Part shown: positions 1-10,681 of the stretch, one piece after another | Numbering within the stretch: position 1 is the stretch's first letter | How the letters are laid out: each line of letters opens with the position of its first letter | DNA from: Spirochaetia bacterium | GTDB taxonomy: Bacteria; Spirochaetota; Spirochaetia; SP-2023 | NCBI GenBank assembly: GCA_965263295.1 | Contig: OZ253665.1 | Span: 1,600,001-1,664,000, forward strand | Length of the DNA: 64,000 nucleotides | Reading direction: 5' to 3' | The notes under the pieces: generated by a model | Database searches by the model: none | What the model saw: only the letters and a program-made list of their open reading frames with translations | Told to the model about the DNA's origin: nothing | Translations under genes and position numbers: made by a program

Positions 1-374
1 CCCCGCAGCCTCAAGGCATGGCTCAGGAGATCCGGGACAGCGTTTTGCCGCACTGGTATCCCTGCGGGGAAACTCAGTTTCCAGCTACTTACATCTGCGC
101 CGCCAGTATCGCTGCAAAGCTCCAGGCGAGCACCCGCGTCCGCCGCACTGGGTCCATGCTCAATGGCAATGACATGCACATTGGTCACTTGCCAGTCCGG
201 CACCTGCTGCAATAGTTCATTCACAACAAAATCATTACTTAGGCTTTCGCCTGCAGCCGGCTTGCGCCGGCGTTCTTTGAACCTCTGTAAATTCTGCAAA
301 TACAAAAGGATACTCAAAAGCAGCAGAACGCTACCCAAACTGATAATTTTACGCAGATGCCTTTTGTTCGACAT
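1..374 (-). CDS. 5' part of a membrane-anchored protein (probably DUF4340-like) following GldG; runs off the window edge
   Basis: Hand translation from ATG 374 is open to position 1 (MSNKRHLRKIISLGSVLLLLSILLYL...). Single N-terminal TM; purine-rich RBS upstream. DUF4340 label inferred from the usual gene order only. Confidence 0.55.
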   Translation of the reverse strand, partial: MSNKRHLRKIISLGSVLLLLSILLYLQNLQRFKERRRKPAAGESLSNDFVVNELLQQVPDWQVTNVHVIAIEHGPSAADAGARLELCSDTGGADVSSWKLSFPAGIPVRQNAVPDLLSHALRLR

Positions 375-384
375 GCCTAGCCCC

Positions 385-2004
385 CTATAAACGCTTGCGA
401 TGGCGCAAGAAAAGCAAGCCGGCAAGAAAAATCGCGAGCGGTATCAACAACACAAAAATCACGGCCCACCAGACAGCTTGAGCCTGCGATAGGCGCAGCG
501 GCAACATAAGTAGGCTTCTGCTGGGGAAGAGCAGCTGACTCGGAACGCCATCTGCCGCCCCCTGCGCTTGTCCCAGCCAGGAAATAGCGCTGTAAAAGAG
601 TTGTAAATTGCTCGGAGTACTAAATACAGAACGATGGCCGGGCATATCAAAACTAAGCAGCACGGCAGCCCCCGCACGATGACCCCGCTCGTCTTGCCAA
701 ACCGAAAGCCCCAGCAAGGTAAGCGGCCCCGTCAAGTCTCGCTGCAATTGCCGGCCGCTGCTGGGATCGCGCGAGGTGCGCAGCAACGAAGAAGGACTGC
801 TCTCAACCAGGCTGTAAAAGCGGATGCGCCGGGAGTGCGGCAGGCTTTCTTTAAGCGCCATACTTTGCGACCACAAGAGATCACTGACCTTGTTCTCCTG
901 CAAAGGTCGTACGATAGGGTGAAAATCCTCCTTTTCGCCAGGTCGGGGCAATTGGTCAATCGGTGTGACAAACGTAGTATATCCACTGGCCGCCTGAATG
1001 CGCTTGGGGTCGCGCTCCATCACTAAACCTTCAAGAATCTCAATGCCGTAGTCTGCGGCGAGTTCGTAGAATTTTTGCAAGCGCTCGGCCTGAAAATCCA
1101 ACACCAACCACAGGGCTTTGCCCTCTTCCAGATAATTGTGTAGTGCCTCGTATTCGGCATCACTGAGATCTAACTGCGGTTTATAAACTAACAGCACATC
1201 AATCTGCTGCAAGGCGGCCCGCCGCGATTGCAGCAGATTCAAGGGTTCAGCCTCTATGTTGAACTGCTCAAAGTTGGGCTGAATCGTTGCCAAACTTTGC
1301 TCTCGGTGGCCACTCAATATCCCCAAACGAGCAACCCGCACACCATTGACGTAAGTAATGGCAGAACTTATCTGCTGCTCAACCTGAATCCCGGCATTCC
1401 TGGGGCCGAAGCGCTCCATCACATGGAATAGCTCATCATAATGAATGACACGGAAGCGGGGCTTGTCGCCGCGGGTAAACACAATCAGCGAGTTGCGCTG
1501 TGGCGCTTTGTTGGCACCGCGACCCCGCTTGTCGATACCCGTGATAAAGGGCCGAATCAACTCCGGTTGCAATGCGGGGTCGACTTCTTGAACTTGAACA
1601 TAGGAGCTCTTACTCTGGTAGAGTTCCAAGTAACGGTAGACGTCCAACGGCCGAGTGGGACGCTTTCCCGGAGAAAACAAGGCGTAAATAGTCACCGGCT
1701 GCCTCAGTTCGGCCAGGATGGCCTCGCTGGCAGCGCTGAGACTGTAAATCTGGTCATCAGAGGCATCAATGTTAAACTTAGGCGGAAATCGCTGGGCCAA
1801 CAAGTTCAGCAGAGTCCAGGCCGCCAGCAGGCCCCAGAACATTAGGCCGCTATACAAAACCAAAACGCTACGCCTTGCCCGGCTCTGCTCTCGAAGCTCT
1901 GCGCCTGGCTCTCGCCCCGCGTCGGCGTGGCGCGGCCTTTTGAATAATTTAAAATTTTGCAAGAGATTACGCATAACCTTAGCCAAGGGCCTACCTACAG
2001 CCAT
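385..2004 (-). CDS. GldG-like ABC transporter auxiliary component
   Basis: N-terminal TM, motifs D..YSLS, VDP...P, EQQISSAI, GHRE, P..DLS..E, and a C-terminal TM; in an operon with a permease and an ATPase. Confidence 0.8.
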   Translation of the reverse strand: MAVGRPLAKVMRNLLQNFKLFKRPRHADAGREPGAELREQSRARRSVLVLYSGLMFWGLLAAWTLLNLLAQRFPPKFNIDASDDQIYSLSAASEAILAELRQPVTIYALFSPGKRPTRPLDVYRYLELYQSKSSYVQVQEVDPALQPELIRPFITGIDKRGRGANKAPQRNSLIVFTRGDKPRFRVIHYDELFHVMERFGPRNAGIQVEQQISSAITYVNGVRVARLGILSGHREQSLATIQPNFEQFNIEAEPLNLLQSRRAALQQIDVLLVYKPQLDLSDAEYEALHNYLEEGKALWLVLDFQAERLQKFYELAADYGIEILEGLVMERDPKRIQAASGYTTFVTPIDQLPRPGEKEDFHPIVRPLQENKVSDLLWSQSMALKESLPHSRRIRFYSLVESSPSSLLRTSRDPSSGRQLQRDLTGPLTLLGLSVWQDERGHRAGAAVLLSFDMPGHRSVFSTPSNLQLFYSAISWLGQAQGAADGVPSQLLFPSRSLLMLPLRLSQAQAVWWAVIFVLLIPLAIFLAGLLFLRHRKRL

Positions 2005-2855
2005 CGACGCTTCTCCATCTGCAGCGCGCTGAGCAAAATGAAAAACACACTGCTACTCAGGAAGTAAAGCAAATCAGCCAGGCGAATCAGCCCCTGAGTA
2101 AAAGTAGCAAAATGATTCAACGGTGATATAAAGGCCCCAATGCGTCCAGTCAAGCCGGACAAGAAGTCGGGCTCGGCAATGGCCAGGCCGGCCAATAACA
2201 AGACAGCCAGCAGAATAAATATCGACAAGTAAACAGCTTGTAGACCATTACGAAACGCAGTCCACAGGGCCAAAGCGACAATTGCGGCGAGCACAAGCAC
2301 CTGAGCGCGACTGCCTTGCGGCAGCCGCGGCAATAACATACCACTGAGCAAAAGAAGCAGGAAACAAAGTAACGTCAACACAGCGGCACTGGACTGACTA
2401 CTGCTCAACGAAGAGACCCAGACTCCGATACTGCAATACAGCGCCACGAACAACATCAAGCCCAGGTATGCACTGACAATATTGCTCCAGTTGACATAAC
2501 TATAATATTCATACACAAACGGATAGATGATGGTAAGAGCGCAGACAAGCCATACCAGACTCAGTATCGCCAGGTACTTGCCCAGTACAATTTCCCACAG
2601 CTCCGTGGCCGAAGTATAAATTAACGGCAAGGTCTGCTGTTCGTCGGCCAGGCTGCGCATAGTCAGTAACGGCAACAGCAACAACAGGAACCAAGGCAAC
2701 ACAGCGAGAGTAGTGGTCTCAAAGTGACTGTCCTGGTTAAAGAGATTGCTCAGAGCTGTCGTCAATCCGGCCAATAGCAGGAAGCTACAAGCAAAAATCA
2801 TGCCGTGTGGATTGACAATAAACGAATACAGTTCTTTGCGGTACGAGGCCATCAT
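1995..2855 (-). CDS. GldF-like ABC-2 permease
   Basis: Hydrophobic 286 aa; KELYSF, PLLTMRSLADE, EIVLGKYL motifs. Confidence 0.85.
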   Translation of the reverse strand: MMASYRKELYSFIVNPHGMIFACSFLLLAGLTTALSNLFNQDSHFETTTLAVLPWFLLLLLPLLTMRSLADEQQTLPLIYTSATELWEIVLGKYLAILSLVWLVCALTIIYPFVYEYYSYVNWSNIVSAYLGLMLFVALYCSIGVWVSSLSSSQSSAAVLTLLCFLLLLLSGMLLPRLPQGSRAQVLVLAAIVALALWTAFRNGLQAVYLSIFILLAVLLLAGLAIAEPDFLSGLTGRIGAFISPLNHFATFTQGLIRLADLLYFLSSSVFFILLSALQMEKRRWL

Positions 2856-4003
2856 ACTTGCCGTCCTCCTCCTGCGTCTCGGCCTCTGCCTTCCGTGCTA
2901 TCGCGATTGTTCCGCGCGCTTGGCAGCGCCGGCGGGCCTGGAGCCTCCCGTCCACCCGCGAGCCCTTTAAGCCCTGGGTGCGCCGGTAGCCCCTGTTCCT
3001 GAGCCGGAGTTGTCAAATCCAGGAAAATATCTTCCAGGCTACGGCGGCGCGGTTTCAAGGCTATAATCGCAAAACCCCGCTCGGTCAGAGCCTGACTGAG
3101 CCTGCGGCGAGGCTCAATAAATAAAGGATCCAACGGTTCTGCGCTCGCGCTGCCAGGCAACTGAAAATCGAGGCGCACAAGCTCGTCCTCACTGCGACAA
3201 CGGAACTCGGTGACACCTTGAGAAGCCAATAACGCAGCCAGGATATCATATTGTGAACTCGCGACCTGCCGCGCAGCCCCAGGCCCAGGCCCATGAGGCA
3301 AAAGTATTTCTAATTCCAGCTGACAAAATCCCGCATTAATTTTACGGCTCAGGGTTTCGGTTCGGTCATCGGCTATCAGTTGCCCCCGGTTTAAAATGAT
3401 GACACGCTGGCAGACAGCCTCAATTTCCGAAAGAATGTGCGAACTGAGCAGAATGGTATGTTCGTGGCTGAGCTGACGCAGCAATTTGCGAAACTCCTGA
3501 ATCTGTTGGGGGTCCAGGCCGGCAGTCGGTTCATCGAGAATCAATAGAGGCGGGTTCCCCACCAGAGCCTGAGCTAGCCCCACCCGCTGGCGATAGCCCT
3601 TGGACAGATGGGCAATCCTGCGCTGGACGACATCCCAGAGGCCACACATCGCCAAGACACGCTCCAACTCCGCCTTCCAGGCCTTACGAGGTAGTTTTTT
3701 CAGACCACAAACATGGTGCAGGTACTCGCGCACGGTCAATTCCGTATACAACGGTGGTTGCTCGGGCAAATAACCGACGCAAGCTCGCGCTTCACGGGCC
3801 TGTGCAAAAATGTCAAAGCCATTAATGCGCACATTGCCTTCGCTCAAAGACAGAAATCCGGCAAGGATATTCATAGTCGTGGACTTGCCGGCCCCATTCG
3901 GACCCAAAAAACCGAGCACTTCGCCCCTGCCAATGGAAAAACTCAGTCCGTCCAGAGCCCGGTGCGCACCATAGTACTTGCTCAAACTTTCCGCTTCAAC
4001 CAT
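2852..4003 (-). CDS. GldA-like ABC transporter ATP-binding protein
   Basis: Walker A GPNGAGKST, LSKGYRQR signature, ILDEPT Walker B, SSH. Probable ATG at 4003 (ORF track extends to 4036). Confidence 0.9.
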   Translation of the reverse strand: MVEAESLSKYYGAHRALDGLSFSIGRGEVLGFLGPNGAGKSTTMNILAGFLSLSEGNVRINGFDIFAQAREARACVGYLPEQPPLYTELTVREYLHHVCGLKKLPRKAWKAELERVLAMCGLWDVVQRRIAHLSKGYRQRVGLAQALVGNPPLLILDEPTAGLDPQQIQEFRKLLRQLSHEHTILLSSHILSEIEAVCQRVIILNRGQLIADDRTETLSRKINAGFCQLELEILLPHGPGPGAARQVASSQYDILAALLASQGVTEFRCRSEDELVRLDFQLPGSASAEPLDPLFIEPRRRLSQALTERGFAIIALKPRRRSLEDIFLDLTTPAQEQGLPAHPGLKGLAGGREAPGPPALPSARNNRDSTEGRGRDAGGGRQV

Positions 4004-4261
4004 CGCGACCCTCGCCTCCGCGACAAGCTTGTTCAAAATGACTCATGTGAAGATACCGTAAATATAAATAGGACCTCTCTACAGTTAGCAGCTGCAGGAG
4101 TGCCTGAGCCCAATCCATTTTTCGCGCATTTCCCCACATTGCTCCCGCACCTCCCCCAAACGGCAAGGCGACCAAAAACAACGAAGGCAACAAGGCAAAT
4201 TCCACCATCTGACTCCGTCCGATGGCCGGCTTGCCTGCGGCCGAAAAGCTACAGCGCAGAT

Positions 4262-6988
4262 TCACAATTGAGCCAGGAAAGCCCGGTTGCGCGCCAAAGA
4301 AGCTTGAAAATCAGTCCGTTTCTGCCTTTCTTCAGCGACAAGCTCCAGTGGTGCTCGCTCCAAAAAATTGGCATTGCCCAACTTGCCCTCAATAGCTACA
4401 AGCAATTTTTCTTCCTTGACAATTAACTTTTCCAGGCGCTGGCGTTCTTTTCCCACATCAATTAACGAGCGGACATACAGCAAAACCTCGCCTTCTTGCA
4501 AGGCGTTGCCAATGGCTCGCTCGCGCTGCAAATCGGCTCCCGCTTCCGACAAATTTGCCATACACAAAGTCTCAATCCAGGCTTTCTGGCTCTGCAAAAA
4601 GCCGGCAAATTCCAAGTTGCCAGCATAAACAATATCAATGCGCTGGGCGGGTTGCAAGCAGAACTCACTGCGCAAGGTGCGCACGCTCGTTACCAGCTCC
4701 TGGAGCTGGGCGAAATACCGCAGTTCCCGCGCCGTGGCTCGCCATTTGCGCGAAGCGACGGAACTCTCAGAGTTGTTCGCCCGCATTTCGCAACTCTGCG
4801 GATACGGTGCCACAATTAGACACGGACTGCGGTAACTGCGCGGCAGGCAGGCATAAAGTTTTTCTGTGATGAAAGAGACAAACGGATGCAACAAGCGCAG
4901 GCTGGCTTCAATAATTTCCATCAACTTTGCGGCCGCCGCCAGCTTGCCGGCATTGCCACTGCCCGCTTCACCGTCACTCAGCTCCAGCTTGGCGGCTTCC
5001 AGATACCAGTCGCAAAAGTCATTCCAGAAAAACTCATAGCAAGCCCGGCTCATCTCGTCGAAACGGTAGGCGGCCCGCGCCTGTTCAACCGCAGACACGG
5101 CGGCGGCAAAGCGCTGCCAGATCCACAGGTCCGCAACTTTGTACTGCAAATTGGCAAGCTCTTGCAGAGGCGGCAAGGTCTCGATATCCACATTTAATAA
5201 CAGGAAGCGAAACGCGTTCCAAATTTTATTGCAGAAGCGTGAACCCAGCTTAAAGCTTTCCATATCCAGCCGCAGGTCCTGGCCCAGGGTCGAAAGATAG
5301 GCAATGGTAAACTTCATGGCATCGGCGCCGTACTGGGCAATCACATCCAGAGGATCAATGCCGTTGCCAAGCGACTTGGACATCTTGCGGCCTTGCTTGT
5401 CGCGCACAAGCGGCGTGATGTAAATGTCGCGAAAGGGCACCCGACCTGTGAAATGCAGCCCAGCCATGACCATGCGCGCCACCCAGAAAAAAATAATATC
5501 GTAGCCGGTTACCAGTGTGCTGGTAGGGTAAAAACGCGCGAGATCCGCTGTTTGCCGCGGCCAGCCCATGGTGGCAAACGGCCACAACCAGGAGCTAAAC
5601 CAGGTGTCCAGTACGTCCGGATCCTGCCGAATATTGGTGCTGCCACATCGTCCGCACCGACTCAAGTCTTGGCGGCTGACGTTGAGCTCACCGCAATCGG
5701 CGCAGTACCAGGCCGGTATACGGTGCCCCCACCAGAGCTGGCGCGAAATGCACCAGTCGCGAATATTGCTCATCCAGTGGCGGTAAGTATTGCTCCAGCG
5801 CTCGGGATAGAAACGAATATCGCCGCGCTCGAGCGCGGCCAAAGCCGGCTCGGCCAAAGGCTGCATTTTGACAAACCACTGCTCCGACAGATAAGGCTCT
5901 ATCACGCCGCCACAACGGTAACAATGCCCGACTTGGTGGCGATGATGTTTTGACCTCAGCAACAAACCCTCTCGCTGCAAAGCCGCTAAGACGGCTTTGC
6001 GTGCCTCGCGGCAGCTCAGGCCGCGAAATTCCTGCGGCACATTTTCATTCAGGGTGGCATCAGAATTCAGGATGTTGCGCAGCTCCAGCTCGTGGCGCTG
6101 AGCTACCTGATAGTCATTCGGATCGTGAGCCGGAGTAATTTTCACGGCACCCGAACCAAACTCCATATCGCAAAAAGTATCGGTAATGATGGGAATTTTG
6201 CGGCCACTGAGCGGCAAATAAACTTCTTGGCCAAGCAAATGGGCATAACGTGGGTCATCGGGATGGACAGCCACAGCCTCGTCGCCAAACATGGTCTCTG
6301 GGCGTGTGGTGGCCACCGCGATACCTTTGAGACTTTCCGTGCCCAGCTGCAAAGTAATCCTTTCATCCACAAAAGGATAGAGCAGATCATACAAGCCGCC
6401 GTTTTCTTCTCTGTACTCGACTTCGTCATCGGCGAGAGCCGTGGCACAGGAGGGACACCAATTCACCAGGTACTTGCCGCGATAAATCAGGCCCTCTTCG
6501 TAAAGCCGTACAAAGACCTCGCGCACCGCGCTCGAAAGCCCCTCGTCCATCGTGAAGCGCTCGCGACTCCAGTCGACGGAAGCTCCCAAGCGCTGGAATT
6601 GCTCGCTGATGATTGCGTGGTGCTCCCGCTTCACCTTCCAGGTCTCAGCCAAAAAGGCTGCGCGGCCCAGGTCGTGACGGGTGCGGCCTCGTTCTCGCAG
6701 TCGCCGCTCCACCACGTGCTGAGTGGCAATTCCCGCATGATCAGTCCCCGGCAGCCACAAGGTTCCCTTGCCGCGCATACGTTCATAACGGGCCAAGATA
6801 TCCTGTAATATGCCGTTGAGGCCGTGCCCCAAATGCAGCATGCCAGTTACATTTGGCGGCGGGATGACAATACTGAAACATTCCGCAGCTTCGGCCTTTG
6901 GCGCAAAGGCTGCATCCCTGAGCCAAGCTCGGTAGATGTCCTGCTCAAAATCAGCGGGGTTATAATTTTTGGCCAGTTCGCTGTCCAT
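4262..6988 (-). CDS. valS: valine--tRNA ligase
   Basis: PPPNVTG.LHLGH, DHAGIATQ, DWCISRQLWWGH, KMSKS, C-terminal coiled coil. ATG 6988 with GAGG RBS. Confidence 0.97.
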   Translation of the reverse strand: MDSELAKNYNPADFEQDIYRAWLRDAAFAPKAEAAECFSIVIPPPNVTGMLHLGHGLNGILQDILARYERMRGKGTLWLPGTDHAGIATQHVVERRLRERGRTRHDLGRAAFLAETWKVKREHHAIISEQFQRLGASVDWSRERFTMDEGLSSAVREVFVRLYEEGLIYRGKYLVNWCPSCATALADDEVEYREENGGLYDLLYPFVDERITLQLGTESLKGIAVATTRPETMFGDEAVAVHPDDPRYAHLLGQEVYLPLSGRKIPIITDTFCDMEFGSGAVKITPAHDPNDYQVAQRHELELRNILNSDATLNENVPQEFRGLSCREARKAVLAALQREGLLLRSKHHRHQVGHCYRCGGVIEPYLSEQWFVKMQPLAEPALAALERGDIRFYPERWSNTYRHWMSNIRDWCISRQLWWGHRIPAWYCADCGELNVSRQDLSRCGRCGSTNIRQDPDVLDTWFSSWLWPFATMGWPRQTADLARFYPTSTLVTGYDIIFFWVARMVMAGLHFTGRVPFRDIYITPLVRDKQGRKMSKSLGNGIDPLDVIAQYGADAMKFTIAYLSTLGQDLRLDMESFKLGSRFCNKIWNAFRFLLLNVDIETLPPLQELANLQYKVADLWIWQRFAAAVSAVEQARAAYRFDEMSRACYEFFWNDFCDWYLEAAKLELSDGEAGSGNAGKLAAAAKLMEIIEASLRLLHPFVSFITEKLYACLPRSYRSPCLIVAPYPQSCEMRANNSESSVASRKWRATARELRYFAQLQELVTSVRTLRSEFCLQPAQRIDIVYAGNLEFAGFLQSQKAWIETLCMANLSEAGADLQRERAIGNALQEGEVLLYVRSLIDVGKERQRLEKLIVKEEKLLVAIEGKLGNANFLERAPLELVAEERQKRTDFQASLARNRAFLAQL

Positions 6989-7126
6989 ATGCAGTAACCT
7001 CAAAAAATAAAAGTAAAAACAGTTTCAGCGGTGAAAAGAGAAGCCAAACTATAGTGAAAATACTTGCAATTGACCATATCGCTCAATGCCCGATCCAGAG
7101 CAAAGATCACAGCGCTTTGATAGTTG

Positions 7127-8023
7127 TCATTTGGGGTTCTGGCCCGCCGGCAAGCACAACTCAATCAGAAATATCGCCAGCAGCAGCAAAATAAAACCCC
7201 AGAGCGTATTGAAAGTCATTAATTCACCGTAAAACAACACTGAGAACAAGGCACCAAATACAGCTTCCAGAGACAGGATAACCGCCGCCTTGCTCGGCGA
7301 AACTTCGCGCTGGGCGAAATTCTGCAAAAAGAAACACAACAAAGTAGAGAAGAGCCCCAGATAGACGACGACAGTAGCCGCGGCCCAATGCCTCAGCAAC
7401 TGCGGCAAGACAAGATTTTCCATCGACAACGCCATGGACAGAGCAATGGGCCAGGACAGGATGGCGGCCGCGGCAAACTGTAGCAAAACAAAGCTGTCCA
7501 GTTCCAGCTGGCGCGTCTTTAGGAAATGCCCGGCAAAGTAGATGTGCAGAGCAAAAAACAAGGCACAGATCAGGGTTAGAACATCGCCAGTATTGCGCAG
7601 TAGCCAGGACTCACCGTCATAGTTCAGCATGCCGATGCCCAACAAAGCGAGCAGAGCCCCCAATAAGGTCTGTAGCTTAACGGCCTTACGACTGAATATC
7701 ATATAAATAAACGGGGTTATGATAACATTCGTCGCCGTCAGGAAGGCATTTTTGGCCGGAGTGGTGTAGTTCAGTGCAATAGTTTGCAAAATAAAACCCA
7801 GGGCCAAAAAACTGCCGACCAGCAAACCGGGCAGCAGGCCAGTACGGAGTTCCTTCAAACTGCACGGGCGCAAAATGGCGAAGAGCAACGCCGCGAGACT
7901 GAAGCGCAAAGCCGTAATAAAAATGGGGGGCCAATAGTCTACGGCTATGTCAGTGGCAATAAAGCCAAAGCCCCAAACGATGGCCACCAGCAATAAGATC
8001 AGATCATAAGTTACTTTGCTCAT
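7127..8023 (-). CDS. DMT/EamA family transporter
   Basis: About 10 TM segments; WG.GF, LQTIAL.YT, LQNFAQ, LEAVFG motifs. Confidence 0.9.
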   Translation of the reverse strand: MSKVTYDLILLLVAIVWGFGFIATDIAVDYWPPIFITALRFSLAALLFAILRPCSLKELRTGLLPGLLVGSFLALGFILQTIALNYTTPAKNAFLTATNVIITPFIYMIFSRKAVKLQTLLGALLALLGIGMLNYDGESWLLRNTGDVLTLICALFFALHIYFAGHFLKTRQLELDSFVLLQFAAAAILSWPIALSMALSMENLVLPQLLRHWAAATVVVYLGLFSTLLCFFLQNFAQREVSPSKAAVILSLEAVFGALFSVLFYGELMTFNTLWGFILLLLAIFLIELCLPAGQNPK

Positions 8024-8201
8024 AGCGCGGCAATATAATTGGAGAGACTCAAGGTGGCAATCTTCGCCGTGCGGCCTGGGTATAAATATTAGCTAATTAA
8101 CAGCAGTCCCAGGAACAAGACCAGGGACAAGATTTAATTCTACCAAAAGATACTATAATAATCAAAAAAATTAAGATTACTTACTTTTCTTGGCAGAAGC
8201 A

Positions 8202-8229
8202 TTGACAAAAAAAATGACTTGCGTAAACT
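8202..8229 (+). promoter_or_regulatory. sigma70-type promoter of the thi operon
   Basis: TTGACA(8202)-16 nt-TAAACT(8224) immediately 5' of the riboswitch. Confidence 0.6.
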
Positions 8230-8236
8230 GCAGCCA

Positions 8237-8310
8237 ATCCTTGGGGTGGTTTACGACCTGAGAGCAAACCCATTGAACCTGATCTGGATCGTACTGGCGT
8301 AGGGAAGGAT
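8237..8310 (+). promoter_or_regulatory. TPP riboswitch (THI box)
   Basis: P1 ATCCTT/AAGGAT enclosing GGGGTG..CTGAGA..ACCC..TGAACCTGATCTGGAT..TAC..GCGTAGGGAA; upstream of thiamine-precursor transport genes. Confidence 0.95.
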
Positions 8311-8406
8311 AAAAAGCCGCTGAACAAGTTCTGTGCCAACAGAAAAAGATTTGAAGTGCGGTTAAATATCATCTATCAGCCTGTTTTTGCTTCGTTCGGT
8401 TTCGCG

Positions 8407-8442
8407 AAAACTCCAAGGTAATTTATTCCTCGGAGTTTTTTT
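8407..8442 (+). terminator. riboswitch expression platform: terminator-like hairpin that also occludes the RBS
   Basis: AAAACTCC-AAGG...CCT-C-GGAGTTTT followed by a T run directly abutting ATG 8443; the GGAG RBS lies in the stem. Confidence 0.75.
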
Positions 8443-8787
8443 ATGTACCGGGACGACAGAACCCAGAATGCCGAATGCAATATCAGCTTTAGTATTAATC
8501 CTCAATTGGCCCATTATCAACGTCTTGAGTCTTGGCGCATCATTGACTGTGTCCTCGAATACATTCAGAGTACAGGCATAAAATACTTCACCGGCCCTTC
8601 TGAAACGACCTTAGAAGGCGATCTGGATGAATTGCTGGCCGTCATCGCTCACTGCCAACGCCTGTGCGTCGCCGAAGGTGCCCTCAACACTATTTCCAAT
8701 CTGAAAATTTTCTACAGCCCCGACAGTCGCCTAAACTTTGCCGAGCGCTTGGCGCGCACCGAAGATCACCGCCACCACTCTTTGTAA
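8443..8787 (+). CDS. thiamine/HMP-binding protein (YkoF / MTH1187-like)
   Basis: IID..LEYIQSTG.KY..GPSETTLEGD motif; first gene after the TPP riboswitch. Confidence 0.8.
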   Translation: MYRDDRTQNAECNISFSINPQLAHYQRLESWRIIDCVLEYIQSTGIKYFTGPSETTLEGDLDELLAVIAHCQRLCVAEGALNTISNLKIFYSPDSRLNFAERLARTEDHRHHSL

Positions 8788-8802
8788 GAGTCAGAAAATA
8801 AA

Positions 8803-9591
8803 ATGCCCAGAGCCATTTTCAAGCTTTTCCAGGCGATTTTACAGCGCTTCGGGGCATCTTTTGCCCTACTATTGTTGCTGTTTGTCGTTTGGGAGGCCGC
8901 CGTTCACCTGTGGCAGATTCCGCGCTACATTCTGCCCAGTCCCAGCGCCATTTTTAGCTTACTTGGAGATGAGGCGATATGCAATCTGCTTTGGAAGCAC
9001 ACACAAATAACCTTGCAGGAGACGGCCTGGGGCCTTCTCAGCTCGGTGCTACTGGCCATCTCTCTCGGCCTGCTGATGGAACGTTTTGTATTCCTGCACC
9101 GCAGTATCTTCCCCTTGCTGGTTTTGTCCCAGAGCCTGCCGAGCATTGTCATCGCCCCCTTATTGATGATTGTCCTCGGCTTTGGCATGGCCACCAAGAT
9201 TACGGTCATCACGCTCTACTGCTTTTTCCCGATCGCAACTAGTTTCAGCAGTGGCTTGCGCAGCCTGGATCAGGACTACCGCCACTTGCTGCACAGCTTC
9301 GGAGCCAATTTTTGGCAGATTGTCGCCAAGGTGCAGTTTCGCTGGGCCTTGCCCAGCTTCTTTGCCGGCTTAAAAATTGCCGCCACCTACAGCGTTTCAG
9401 GTGCTGTCCTTTCGGAATTTTTTGGTTCTAGCAAGGGCCTGGGCATTTACATGCGCAATGCTTTCTCCAGTTCGCGCACCGATGTCTTGTTTTTAATCGC
9501 TTTTATTATTGTCTTCAGTAGCATTGCCCTGGTGGCCATGGTCATTCTCGGTGAACGCCTGCTTTGCCGCCATCAACTCGATATCAAATAG
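8803..9591 (+). CDS. thiX: ABC permease, ThiX/SsuC-like
   Basis: ILPSPS, SQSLP.IVIAPL, EAA-like loop, LP.FFAGLK motifs; riboswitch context. Confidence 0.8.
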   Translation: MPRAIFKLFQAILQRFGASFALLLLLFVVWEAAVHLWQIPRYILPSPSAIFSLLGDEAICNLLWKHTQITLQETAWGLLSSVLLAISLGLLMERFVFLHRSIFPLLVLSQSLPSIVIAPLLMIVLGFGMATKITVITLYCFFPIATSFSSGLRSLDQDYRHLLHSFGANFWQIVAKVQFRWALPSFFAGLKIAATYSVSGAVLSEFFGSSKGLGIYMRNAFSSSRTDVLFLIAFIIVFSSIALVAMVILGERLLCRHQLDIK

Positions 9592-9599
9592 GGAAAAAT

Positions 9600-10679
9600 A
9601 TGGGACACAAAGAAAATTCTAATCAGAAAAATTTTAATCGGGAACTAATTCGAAAACGCAATATTCTCTATTTAATTAGCCTTGCTTCTCTTGTATTGCT
9701 TGCATTGCTTGCCTGTAACCGAAGACAAGCCTCTGCCGGCGCCAAACAAAACGAAGCCCAATCTGCCCCAAGCACAGAAAAACTTGTCTTTGCCCTGGAC
9801 TGGACCCCCAACACAAACCACACGGGCTTGTACGTGGCCCAGAAACGCGGCTATTTTAGAGAGGCGGGGTTAGAGGTTGAGATACGCATGCCGCAGACAA
9901 GCGTAACCCAATTGATTGCCAGCGGCCGCATTCCTTTTGGCATTGGATTTCAAGAATTTGGCACCAGTTCCATGGCCAATGAAGATATCCCGATTATCTC
10001 TGTGGCTGCTGTTTTGCAACACAATACTTCCGGTTTCACTTCCATGACAGACCGCAATATTCTACGGCCGCGCGATTTTGGCGGCAAGCTTTTTGCAAGC
10101 TGGGGAAACCCTTTTGAGATTAGCTTGGTGAAACACTTAATCGCCGCCGATGGCGGCGATCCCAATGACTTTGACAGCGTCAATATTGGAGAAGCCAGCC
10201 TAGCCGGACTGCTGCAGAACAAAGTGGACTACGTAAATACCTTCTATGCCTGGGAAAACATTGGCTTTGATCTCCAGGGCTTAGAAACTAACTTCATCCC
10301 AATAAAGGATCTAGATCCCGTCTTTGACTACTACACGCCAATCATTATCGCCAACCTCAGCTATATTAAGCAGAACCAGGATATATCACAGCGTTTTATC
10401 CAGACAGTAGCTAGAGGCTATGAATATGCCGCCCAAAATCCGGACCAAGCAGCTGAGATCTTACTTGAATATGCTCCCGAACTGGAACGCGAATTAGTGA
10501 TGCGCTCTCAGCGCTATCTCAGCCGCTACTACCTCGATGAAAATGGAGAGTGGGGTCTGCAAAATCCTGAAGTTTGGGATCGCCTGAGTCAATGGATGTT
10601 CGACAATCAACTCATCGATAAAATAGTGCCGACAGACAAGGCCATGACAAACGAATTATTGCGGCCGCAAGCCCAATAA
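9600..10679 (+). CDS. thiY: ThiY/NMT1(THI5)-like substrate-binding lipoprotein
   Basis: Lipobox LLALLAC; LDWTPNTNHTGLYVA, DYYTP motifs. ATG at 9600. Confidence 0.88.
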   Translation: MGHKENSNQKNFNRELIRKRNILYLISLASLVLLALLACNRRQASAGAKQNEAQSAPSTEKLVFALDWTPNTNHTGLYVAQKRGYFREAGLEVEIRMPQTSVTQLIASGRIPFGIGFQEFGTSSMANEDIPIISVAAVLQHNTSGFTSMTDRNILRPRDFGGKLFASWGNPFEISLVKHLIAADGGDPNDFDSVNIGEASLAGLLQNKVDYVNTFYAWENIGFDLQGLETNFIPIKDLDPVFDYYTPIIIANLSYIKQNQDISQRFIQTVARGYEYAAQNPDQAAEILLEYAPELERELVMRSQRYLSRYYLDENGEWGLQNPEVWDRLSQWMFDNQLIDKIVPTDKAMTNELLRPQAQ

Positions 10680-10681
10680 AT

